The translations under genes and the position numbers were made by a program. Of a stretch of 32,000 nucleotides of DNA, positions 24,665 to 32,000 are shown in pieces. The notes under the pieces are model-generated. The model ran no database searches. It saw only the letters and a list, made by a program, of their open reading frames with translations, and had not been told where the DNA came from. The stretch comes from an uncultured Clostridia bacterium (GTDB taxonomy: Bacteria > Bacillota > Clostridia > Christensenellales > Aristaeellaceae): the NCBI GenBank assembly GCA_934647235.1, contig CAKUFG010000026.1:1-32000 (forward strand), in the 5' to 3' direction. Position 1 is the first letter of the stretch, and each line of letters opens with the position of its first letter.

Positions 24665-24699
24665 ATAAAAAAATCGCCAATGCACTGCTGCACTGGCGA
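24665..24699 (-). terminator. rho-independent terminator of ftsK
   Basis: On the minus strand an 11-bp stem TCGCCAGTGCA-GCAG-TGCATTGGCGA with one mismatch, followed by TTTTTTTAT. Confidence 0.8.
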
Positions 24700-24716
24700 A
24701 AGCCGAATGGGATTGC

Positions 24717-27563
24717 TTATTCATCCATGATCTGCGACTGCATTTTCAGGTAGTCCTCGCGGGTAATCAGGGTGCGGCGGGGCTTGGGGCCCTCATCCTG
24801 GGATACGATGCCCATGTTGGCCATGGTATCAATCAGCTTGCCCGCGCGGGAATGCCCCAGCCCCAGGCGGCGGCGCAGCATGCTGATGCTCATCTGCCCG
24901 CTCTCCACCGCCATGGCGATGGCGCGCTGCAGCAGCTCGTTTTCAGTATCCGCCTGGAATTCCGGATCGTCCGCATGCCCGTTCTTGCTATTGGCTGCCT
25001 TTTCCTCCTCAGCCGTCACGCGCTCCATATGCTCGTCGATGCGGTCGTCATAAAGCGCGTCGTTGTGCTCCTTGATGTAATCGGTAATCTCGGATACCTC
25101 GGTATCCGATACGAAGCAGCCCTGCACGCGCAGAGGCCTGAACTCGCTGCGCGGGAAGTAAAGCATATCGCCCTTGCCCAGCAGCTTTTCCGCGCCGACG
25201 GAATCGATAATGGTGCGGCTGTCCACGTTGTTGGCCACGGCAAAGGCAATGCGGCTGGGGATGTTGGCCTTGATAACGCCCGTGATCACATCCACCGAGG
25301 GGCGCTGGGTAGCGACGATCATATAAATGCCCGCAGCGCGCGCCAGCGCGGCCAGGCGCTGAATGGACTCCTCCACGCTCTTGCGGCACTGCACCATCAG
25401 GTCGCTGAACTCATCGATAATGGCCACGATATCGGGCATTCTGTCGTTCTCGTTGGTCATTTTCTTGTTATAGCCTGCAATATTGCGCACGCCCGCCTGC
25501 TGGAATTTGCGGTAGCGGTCGCCCATTTCCTGCACCAGCCAGTCCAGCGCGGCGGCAGCCTTCTTGGGATCGGATACCACCTCGGTCAGCAGATGCGGAA
25601 TGCCGTTATAGGGCTGCAGCTCTACGAGCTTTGGGTCAATCATGATCATGCGCACCTGCTGGGGCGTGGCGCGGTAAAGGATGCTTTGAATGATGGCGTT
25701 GATGCACACCGATTTACCGCTGCCGGTAGCGCCGGCAATGAGCATGTGCGGCATATCGGACAGCTCGCAGATGATGGGCGTGCCAGTGATATCCTTGCCG
25801 ATGGCCACAGCCGTGGGCGAGGGATTGGCGCGCATGGCGGGGCTGTCCAGCACCTCCTTGAGCGTGACCATGCTGACCTTCTGGTTGGGCACCTCGATGC
25901 CCACCAGCGACGTGCCGGGGATGGGAATTTCAATGCGCAGGCCCACGGCCTTCATCGTCATGGCCAGGTTGTTGGAGATGGTGTTGAGGCGGTTTACGTT
26001 TACGCCGTCGGCCAGGCGCAGGGCAAAGCGCGTAATCGCCGGGCCATGCACCACATACTCCACGCGCGCCTCGATATTAAAGGAGGCCAGCGTATGCTCC
26101 AGCAGCTGCGCGCGGCCGTTATCCTCGGCGGAGGTATCGGTCAGCTGGCGCTTGGGCTCCTGCATCAGCGTCAGCGGCGGGAAGGCATACTTGCCCGTAA
26201 CGGCGCGGATTGCCTCGGCCGTGTGCTTCTGCGCAAAGGGATCCTGCTTGGGCGCGTTTTCATTGCGCGGAGTGATGGGAATGCGCTCGCCCGTCAGCTT
26301 GACGGCGGGATCGGTATATACCTGCCTGACCTCGCCCGAAACATGCCGCCCGCCGCTGACCGTGCTGGTGTTCATCGGAACCGGCACAGGCTTCATGGAA
26401 GCGGCCGGAATGCGCTGCTGCTCTACCTGTGTATCATCGATAGGCGGAATATCCTCGCTGCGCTCGTACCAGGGCAGCTCATCCTCGGACTCCTCCTGAG
26501 GCTGTTCATCGGGCTGCGGCGCGCCGCTCGGCTCCGCAGTCTGTACGGCAGGCTCCGTTTGCTCCGTCTGCTTTTCCGCTGCGCGCTGACGGCGCGTTTT
26601 GCGCGCAGGCTCGGCGGCCGGCTGCGTATAAGACTCGCCCACCGGGATATGCTCCTCATACAATACGCCCGATTCCACCGGCACAAAGCCGCGCTGCATC
26701 ATTGGATCGGGCTGCGGCTCGGTCTCCGGCTGCATCACGGGCGCATCGTCCGGCACCAGATAGGAGGGCTCGGGATCGCTCTGCACGCTGGTGGTGGTAT
26801 AATTGACCGTCTGCGGGCGAATGAGCGGCTCCACGGGATACTGCTGCGTCTGGGGCGCGCTCTGATATGCGTCGGTCTGGGGCGGCAGCTCCTGCTGCGC
26901 CAGTTCCTGCTCCTGCTGGTGGCGCTGATAGCGGCGGTCGCTCATGGAGGTGATGAAATCCGCCGGGTTCAGCCGCAGCAGCACAAGCACAAGCACCAGC
27001 TCCAGCATGATCAAAAGCGTCGCGCCGCCCACGGTGTTGAACACGCTGTACACCGGATAGGCAATCATCATGCCCAGCAGCCCGCCGCCGGCCAACTGGC
27101 CGCCGTTAAAGCCGCGCAGGTTGTACGCGCCCGTCAGGTACGCGCTGAAGGAGGTATTATCGATCAGTCCCAGCACATTTTTATTGTTGTTGGCAATATA
27201 ATTCATCAGCGTGTTGCCGCGGCTGGATACGCTGGTGACCAGCGTCAATATGCCCAGCAGGCACAGATACATGGCCAGCAGCAGCAGATAGGCGCGCGGG
27301 GATACGCGCCTGCGCGCGGATACGCACAGCAGCGCCCCGCCAGCCAGCGTAAAGACAGGCAGCAGCGGGCACAGCACTCCCGCCAGGCCGTTGGCCGTAT
27401 CGCGGAACAGCCGCAGCGTGTTCCAGGCCGATACCGTGCTCATCACCATAGCAAACGCCCAGCCCAGGCCGATCGCCAGCAGCACGCCGCCCAGCGCCAG
27501 GCGCAGGGGGCCGCCGCGATCGGTTGTCAGTATCTGCGCATTCTTTGCTTTCGCCTGCGCCAT
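24717..27563 (-). CDS. ftsK: DNA translocase FtsK/SpoIIIE
   Basis: 948 aa: N-terminal TM segments, a P/Q/E-rich linker, a motor domain with Walker A GATGSGKS, and a C-terminal winged-helix gamma domain (SISMLRRRLGLGHSRAGKLID). Confidence 0.95.
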   Translation of the reverse strand: MAQAKAKNAQILTTDRGGPLRLALGGVLLAIGLGWAFAMVMSTVSAWNTLRLFRDTANGLAGVLCPLLPVFTLAGGALLCVSARRRVSPRAYLLLLAMYLCLLGILTLVTSVSSRGNTLMNYIANNNKNVLGLIDNTSFSAYLTGAYNLRGFNGGQLAGGGLLGMMIAYPVYSVFNTVGGATLLIMLELVLVLVLLRLNPADFITSMSDRRYQRHQQEQELAQQELPPQTDAYQSAPQTQQYPVEPLIRPQTVNYTTTSVQSDPEPSYLVPDDAPVMQPETEPQPDPMMQRGFVPVESGVLYEEHIPVGESYTQPAAEPARKTRRQRAAEKQTEQTEPAVQTAEPSGAPQPDEQPQEESEDELPWYERSEDIPPIDDTQVEQQRIPAASMKPVPVPMNTSTVSGGRHVSGEVRQVYTDPAVKLTGERIPITPRNENAPKQDPFAQKHTAEAIRAVTGKYAFPPLTLMQEPKRQLTDTSAEDNGRAQLLEHTLASFNIEARVEYVVHGPAITRFALRLADGVNVNRLNTISNNLAMTMKAVGLRIEIPIPGTSLVGIEVPNQKVSMVTLKEVLDSPAMRANPSPTAVAIGKDITGTPIICELSDMPHMLIAGATGSGKSVCINAIIQSILYRATPQQVRMIMIDPKLVELQPYNGIPHLLTEVVSDPKKAAAALDWLVQEMGDRYRKFQQAGVRNIAGYNKKMTNENDRMPDIVAIIDEFSDLMVQCRKSVEESIQRLAALARAAGIYMIVATQRPSVDVITGVIKANIPSRIAFAVANNVDSRTIIDSVGAEKLLGKGDMLYFPRSEFRPLRVQGCFVSDTEVSEITDYIKEHNDALYDDRIDEHMERVTAEEEKAANSKNGHADDPEFQADTENELLQRAIAMAVESGQMSISMLRRRLGLGHSRAGKLIDTMANMGIVSQDEGPKPRRTLITREDYLKMQSQIMDE

Positions 27564-27589
27564 GAATTCTATCTCCTTATCAGCGATTG

Positions 27590-28651
27590 TTATGGATTGA
27601 CCGCGGCGATTTCCGCCGCATAAAGCAGCTGCGTCTCCGCGTCAAAATACAGCGTCAGGGTGTATGCGCCGCAGGCATACTGCAATCCCTGTCCCACAGG
27701 CAGGCGGTTGTATTCCGCCGTCCCGGCGCTGATTTCCACGCTTGTCTGCGGCTCGCCCAGCAGGGCGACAGCATCCTCCTGCGTGGACGCACCCGTGCTC
27801 AATCCGCCCAGGCAGATTTCACGGCTGCGCACGGCGGTGATCAGCGCGGCTTCGTCATCCTCCGCGCCCCGGGGCGCGACAGCATACGCGCCATACAGCA
27901 GAGGGGCTTCAAATTCAAAAATCTCGCCATCCTCGATATAGTCCGGCTCGGTCAGCGTACCATAGGCCGTCAGTGCTGCGTGCAGACCTTCCCCCACGCG
28001 CAGCTCTGGCAACCCGGCCAGGTATCCCTGCGCCGCCGCATCGCGCACCTGCTGGGCCAGCTGCCCGGCCGTCAGGCCATCCTGGGACGATACGCCCGCA
28101 GGCAGAAGGTCTGCCAGCAGATCATAGCGAATCAGCACCGCGCCGCTGTTGCCCGAAAAGAAACTGAAGCGCTCCGCCGGATAATGAATCAGCATGCCGC
28201 GCGGCGTAAAGCACACGCTGTCCAGCGGCACGGGCAGCAGGTCGTTTGCATCCAGATAAGTGTTCAGCTGCTCCTGATAGCCCTCCACATAGGCCGTCAG
28301 GCGCTCCTCCAGCGCCGTCTCATCCAGGATCAGCGCGTCCAGCGATACGCTTTCGCCCGTATCCAGATTGATCAGCGCCGTGCGCACCTGCTGGCCATAT
28401 CGGCCGAAGCGAATGCTGCCCGAGGCCGTCAGGCACAGGCTTTCCAGGTGCGTACCGTCGGCAAGGGTAAACGCATAGCGCTGCGTCTGCAGCGTTACCC
28501 CTTCGCCCAACGCCAACAGCTGTGCGGATTGCTCCGCAAGCCATTGCGCCGAAAATGCGTTGTCCTCCGTCTGCGTTATCTCCGCGCAGGCCATGCCCAG
28601 CGACAGGGTCAGCAGGCAGGTCAGAATGATCGCAAGCAGTTTTTTCATCAT
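27590..28651 (-). CDS. exported protein or putative lipoprotein, function unknown (possibly DUF3298/RsiV-like, unverified)
   Basis: 353 aa. N-terminus MMKKLLAIILTCLLTLSLGMAC-AE is a signal peptide with a possible lipobox Cys. GGAGGTG precedes the ATG. Confidence 0.65.
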   Translation of the reverse strand: MMKKLLAIILTCLLTLSLGMACAEITQTEDNAFSAQWLAEQSAQLLALGEGVTLQTQRYAFTLADGTHLESLCLTASGSIRFGRYGQQVRTALINLDTGESVSLDALILDETALEERLTAYVEGYQEQLNTYLDANDLLPVPLDSVCFTPRGMLIHYPAERFSFFSGNSGAVLIRYDLLADLLPAGVSSQDGLTAGQLAQQVRDAAAQGYLAGLPELRVGEGLHAALTAYGTLTEPDYIEDGEIFEFEAPLLYGAYAVAPRGAEDDEAALITAVRSREICLGGLSTGASTQEDAVALLGEPQTSVEISAGTAEYNRLPVGQGLQYACGAYTLTLYFDAETQLLYAAEIAAVNP

Positions 28652-28678
28652 GCATTTACACCTCCGTTTCTACGCTTT

Positions 28679-28708
28679 ATTGTACCGCAAAGGGCTTTTG
28701 CCTGTCAA
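28679..28708 (-). promoter_or_regulatory. sigma-70 type promoter upstream of the exported-protein/ftsK pair
   Basis: On the minus strand TTGACA (28708-28703), an 18-nt spacer and TACAAT (28684-28679). Confidence 0.5.
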
Positions 28709-28723
28709 ACGCCTTGGAAGATT

Positions 28724-29647
28724 TTACAGTTTGGCCGTGAAATCGCACAGGCTTCCGGCAATATAATCCAGGTTTTTCTGGTCCGCCTGGGTATCGCGCC
28801 TGGTGTGGATATCGGTGGTATAGAAGCCCACGCCCTTCTTGCGGCGGCAGGCCACGATGACCACGCCGCAGCGGAAGGCCTGATGATCGGAATTGCACAC
28901 GCTGCCCGTGATGCCATAGCAATGCGGCTGCAGGCCGTCGCGGGGCGTAAAGCTCTGCTCCAGCAGCGCGTACTCCGCCTTGGCGCGGGCATAGTTTTTG
29001 CCGATCACCAGAATGTGCTCGCCCACGCCCACGCAGTCCATGTTGATCAGCAGCGTTTGCTTTTTGATCCTGGGATTGGCCGCCGCGAAGGCGCGGGAGC
29101 CCAGCCGGCCCTTTTCCTCATTATCAAACAGGATGAACGCGGCCTTATCGCGCTGCTCTTTTGGCATGCGCGCCATGGTTTCCAGCACTGCGGCCACGCC
29201 CGAGGCGTTGTCGTTCACATTGTTTGGGTTGGCCGGGCCGGCAATCATCAGCAATAGCAGCGCGTAATAGACCACCAGGGCAATGATCAGCGACAGGCTT
29301 GCATTGCGCAGCAGCAGCTGCGCGCCCACAAAGGCAATGACGGCAGCCAGCAGCAGAATCAGAATGATCCCCAGCTGATACAGGGCGAACATGGGGATAT
29401 TGCGCGGCGTCATCAGGTTGGGAATGGGCAAGCGCGCCGGGGTATCATAGTGGGCGGTATAGATCACCTGCGCATGCTCGGGGCTGCCGAACACCACGTT
29501 GCAGTGCCGCCCGCGCGCCAGCTCATCCACCCGCGCGGAATAGCCCAGCGCCTTGCCCTGCGCCAGCGCCCACTTGCGGAAAGCCTCTTTTTCTTCATCG
29601 CGCTTGCGGATGGGAAAGCGCGAGGTTATCTCCTGCAGATAGCTCAT
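28724..29647 (-). CDS. M28-family metallopeptidase with a two-helix transmembrane insertion
   Basis: Metal-ligand motifs in M28 order: AHYDT, NDNASG, DNEEKG, NMDCVG, SDH. Two hydrophobic helices (about residues 85-136) sit between the first and second motif. Confidence 0.8.
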   Translation of the reverse strand: MSYLQEITSRFPIRKRDEEKEAFRKWALAQGKALGYSARVDELARGRHCNVVFGSPEHAQVIYTAHYDTPARLPIPNLMTPRNIPMFALYQLGIILILLLAAVIAFVGAQLLLRNASLSLIIALVVYYALLLLMIAGPANPNNVNDNASGVAAVLETMARMPKEQRDKAAFILFDNEEKGRLGSRAFAAANPRIKKQTLLINMDCVGVGEHILVIGKNYARAKAEYALLEQSFTPRDGLQPHCYGITGSVCNSDHQAFRCGVVIVACRRKKGVGFYTTDIHTRRDTQADQKNLDYIAGSLCDFTAKL

Positions 29648-29684
29648 TTTTCTGTCTCCCGTATTTTATAAGCGTGCGTTTTTC

Positions 29685-29713
29685 ATTATAATGTGCGCAA
29701 AAACGGATGTCAA
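29685..29713 (-). promoter_or_regulatory. sigma-70 type promoter of the M28 peptidase gene
   Basis: On the minus strand TTGACA (29713-29708), an exact 17-nt spacer and TATAAT (29690-29685). Confidence 0.6.
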
Positions 29714-29753
29714 TTGCAGGCGCGGCAAAAAGCCGCCTTTCGGCGCAAGCGCC

Positions 29754-29800
29754 AAAAAGGGCCGTCCCGAAATGATCGATCCGATCATGCGAGACAGCCC
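29754..29800 (-). terminator. rho-independent terminator closing a structured roughly 230-nt degV 3' region
   Basis: On the minus strand GGGCUGUCUCG pairs with CGGGACGGCCC: 11 bp, two of them GU pairs possible only on this strand. An inner stem AUGAUCG/CGAUCAU is enclosed, and UUUUU follows. Confidence 0.6.
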
Positions 29801-29981
29801 CGGGCCGGAACAAATGCGAAAACCAATGGCTGCGCGGGTCGTTCCGGCCGCTTGGCGCGGGGACGCAGAAGAGGGCATCAATCGCCTGTTCTGCGTCTTT
29901 TCCGCCTGACAGTCTTTTTTCTTTCAACTGTCAATGCTAATGTATCCCGCGCGGCGGCGTTTTATGCGCAGCCTGAAAATT

Positions 29982-30827
29982 TTATTTGTGGATATACAGA
30001 ATGCCCAGCGTATTGGGGCCGCAGTGGCAGCTGATGGTGCCGCGCGCGTCGGTGGGCAGGATTTCGGCAAAGGGCTGATACTGCAGGATTTCGTCGCGCA
30101 CCATCTCCACAATGCCGTCGTCCACCGGCGTATGGGTGATCATGATGCGATGCGTGCGCAGGGTATCGTTGCCCTCCAGGCGCTCGCGCACATAATTGCG
30201 CAACGCTTTTTCATATGCGCCGCGATACTTCTTGGCTACGCCCATCTGGCCGTTGTGCACCTCGATGCAGGGCTTGATGCCCAGCAGGTTGGCGCCCAGC
30301 GCCGCCACGGTGGAGCAGCGGCCGCCCTTGCGCAGATATTCCAGGTTTTCCAGCACAAAGCTGCCGTCCACCTTGGGCACGATCTCACGCATGCGCTGCG
30401 CAATCTGCACCTCGTCCAGCGTCTGATCCTGCGCCAGCTCCGCGCCCTCCATCACAATCAGCCCCTGGGCGGAGCTGAGGTTGAGGGAATCAACCACCTG
30501 CACATGCTCAAAGCGGCGGGCGGCGTTGCAGGCATTCTGATAGCAGGCGGACATCTTGCTGCTCAGCGTCACATGCACAAGGCCGTCGCACTCCTGCAGC
30601 TGGCGGGCAAAGAACTCGTTGTAGTCGTTTTCGCTTACGGCGGAGGTGGAGCACAGCGCGCCGCCTGCGGCCACATGGGCGAAAATCTGCTCGGTGGTGA
30701 TATCCACGCTGTCCTTGTAGGATACGCCGTCCATGATGACGTACAGCGGCACGGTGGCAATGTGAAAGCGATCCAGCAGCTCCTGCGTCAGGTCGCAGGT
30801 GCTGTCCGAGGTGATCCTGATCTTCAT
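29982..30827 (-). CDS. DegV-family fatty-acid-binding protein
   Basis: MKIRITSDSTCDLTQELLDRFHIATVPLYVIMDG is a typical DegV N-terminus. 281 aa. Confidence 0.9.
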   Translation of the reverse strand: MKIRITSDSTCDLTQELLDRFHIATVPLYVIMDGVSYKDSVDITTEQIFAHVAAGGALCSTSAVSENDYNEFFARQLQECDGLVHVTLSSKMSACYQNACNAARRFEHVQVVDSLNLSSAQGLIVMEGAELAQDQTLDEVQIAQRMREIVPKVDGSFVLENLEYLRKGGRCSTVAALGANLLGIKPCIEVHNGQMGVAKKYRGAYEKALRNYVRERLEGNDTLRTHRIMITHTPVDDGIVEMVRDEILQYQPFAEILPTDARGTISCHCGPNTLGILYIHK

Positions 30828-30910
30828 AAGAGAAAAATCCTTTCAAAGTGCGCGGTGCTGCCGCGCGTTTCCATGGCGGGTAATATACAACGCATATTAT
30901 TATGGCGCAG

Positions 30911-30945
30911 GATCTTCAACTGAAGATCAACGATTGTTAACAATC
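30911..30945. promoter_or_regulatory. two adjacent perfect palindromes in the degV/nitroreductase divergent control region (candidate operators)
   Basis: GATCTTCA-AC-TGAAGATC (30911-30928) and GATTGTTAACAATC (30932-30945). Confidence 0.35.
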
Positions 30946-31000
30946 ACACTTTCGCGCCTTTTGTCATCACTTCTTAAAAGGAAAGTAATGGCTTCGTGCC

Positions 31001-31029
31001 TTGTTTTTTCGCATGGGGCGTGGTATCCT
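31001..31029 (+). promoter_or_regulatory. possible promoter of the nitroreductase-rarA pair
   Basis: TTGTTT, a 17-nt spacer ending in TGG, then TATCCT. AAAGGGGTGA Shine-Dalgarno precedes ATG 31053. Confidence 0.4.
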
Positions 31030-31052
31030 TAAATCCAAAGGGGTGAAAACGT

Positions 31053-31811
31053 ATGCCGTCCTGTCCGCTGAACCGCTTTTTTTCGCCTGCGCAGTGCGCG
31101 CGCTATTATGGGGTGATTACCCGTCGGTACAGCTGCCGCGCCTATGCCGCTGCGCCAGATGCGGGCGAGCTTGCCGCGCTCAACTATGCCGCCGCGCGCG
31201 TGTGCCTGCCGGGTACGCGCATTGTGATTGCCGACTGCACGGATCAGCTGTTTTTCGGCGTGCCGCTGGTGGAGCGCATCCGAGGTACGCGCAAGTGCGC
31301 CTATGTGCTTGCGCAGGATGGCATGGAAAACCCCAGGCTCCTTGCCGGTATTGGCGGCGAGGCCTTTGTGCTGGAGGCCGCAGCGATGGGCCTGGATACC
31401 TGCTGGGTGACGGGCACGTATCGCCGCGGCGAGGTGCCGCAGGAAATTCTGAACGACGGCGAACGGTTGATTGCCGTGATCGCCCTGGGGCACGCCAAGG
31501 AGCCGCCGCAGCAAATTATCCGCCATCGCAAAAGCCTGTCGCAGATTTGCCTGAACGCGCCCGATCAATGGCCGTTGTGGGCGTATCGCGCGGCGGAGGC
31601 TGTGCGTATCGCGCCCTCGGCGGTCAATCGTCAGCCCTGGCGGCTGGCCTATGCCCAGCGCTCGCTGCGCCTGATGGGCAAGAACCCCGACAATGTGGAT
31701 CTGGGCATCGCGCTGATGCATATGGAAGCGGCATCGGGCGAATATAAACGATATTGGGAGTGGGGAAGCGGCGGCTGCGTCGCTCACCTGACGATCGAGG
31801 AAAAAACATGA
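31053..31811 (+). CDS. nitroreductase-family protein
   Basis: 252 aa. RRYSCRAY near the N-terminus and GLDTCWV plus AVIALGHA blocks are typical of the nitroreductase fold. Confidence 0.7.
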   Translation: MPSCPLNRFFSPAQCARYYGVITRRYSCRAYAAAPDAGELAALNYAAARVCLPGTRIVIADCTDQLFFGVPLVERIRGTRKCAYVLAQDGMENPRLLAGIGGEAFVLEAAAMGLDTCWVTGTYRRGEVPQEILNDGERLIAVIALGHAKEPPQQIIRHRKSLSQICLNAPDQWPLWAYRAAEAVRIAPSAVNRQPWRLAYAQRSLRLMGKNPDNVDLGIALMHMEAASGEYKRYWEWGSGGCVAHLTIEEKT

Positions 31812-32000
31812 CGCTGCTGGATCAGTTAAATCAGGAAAACATCAAAAAGAACGCGCCGCTGGCCGAGCGCATGCGCGCGCGCACGCTGGACGAGTTTTAT
31901 GGGCAGGAGCATCTGCTGGGGCCGGGGCGGCTGCTGCGCCGCGCCGTGGAGGCGGACAGGCTGACGTCCAGCATTTTTTACGGCCCGCCCGGCTGCGGCA
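31808..32000 (+). CDS. rarA: replication-associated recombination protein A (RarA/MgsA AAA+ ATPase), 5' part only, runs off the window
   Basis: ATG 31808 overlaps the upstream stop (ATGA). The translation [45 protein letters not shown]...FYGPPGCG includes the start of Walker A. Confidence 0.85.
   Translation, partial: MTLLDQLNQENIKKNAPLAERMRARTLDEFYGQEHLLGPGRLLRRAVEADRLTSSIFYGPPGCG

Noticed and set aside
29691-29909. Short ORFs in the degV/M28 spacer: 29691-29909 plus strand, and 29666-29881 and 29595-29927 minus strand.
   Set aside because: There is no Shine-Dalgarno. The translations are Arg/Pro/Gly/Ala-rich, as expected from GC-rich structured DNA. They overlap the hairpins and the promoter, so the region is better explained as RNA structure.
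1-32000. Search for CRISPR arrays, IS elements or transposases, rRNA, prophage genes, toxin-antitoxin pairs and reverse transcriptases.
   Set aside because: I saw no regularly spaced short repeats, no terminal inverted repeats bracketing a transposase-like ORF, and none of the corresponding protein signatures in any frame.

Overview
This 32-kb chromosomal window looks like a high-GC Firmicute. The Clostridia-like guess is inference from RqcP/YabO, YitT and DegV, strong GGAGG Shine-Dalgarno sites and canonical TTGACA-17-TATAAT promoters. I call about 33 protein genes and one tRNA-Leu(GAG). Most of the window is housekeeping: flavodiiron FprA, RecO, a three-gene ABC-2 transporter, RqcP, YitT, an SDR epimerase, a DUF2974 hydrolase, MscL, a HAD-MazG fusion, DUF2804, GlyA, MmcQ/YjbR, TatD, PPase, FtsK, an M28 peptidase, DegV, a nitroreductase and partial RarA. 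Three AT-richer stretches stand out; sampled 60-nt lines give about 37% GC there against 63-65% in core genes. (i) 725-2466 holds a PLD/HKD nuclease-domain ORF with no credible start and an overlapping 173-aa helical protein. These are followed by about 485 nt of structured non-coding DNA next to tRNA-Leu. (ii) 14980-18620 is a terminator-insulated permease-permease-binding-protein sugar ABC cassette. (iii) 20352-24699 is a four-gene island encoding only exported proteins: a WG-repeat protein, a Cys3His tandem-repeat protein, a DUF4234 membrane protein and a 323-aa orphan secreted protein. The island forms two transcription units whose promoters share one cis-element: two 13-nt direct repeats phased 21 nt apart, abutting -35, at identical distance from an extended -10. 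I consider (iii) the best candidate for an undescribed co-regulated extracytoplasmic system whose regulator lies outside the window. I saw no CRISPR array, IS element, intact integrase or rRNA. All family names come from motif recognition by eye; no database search was run.
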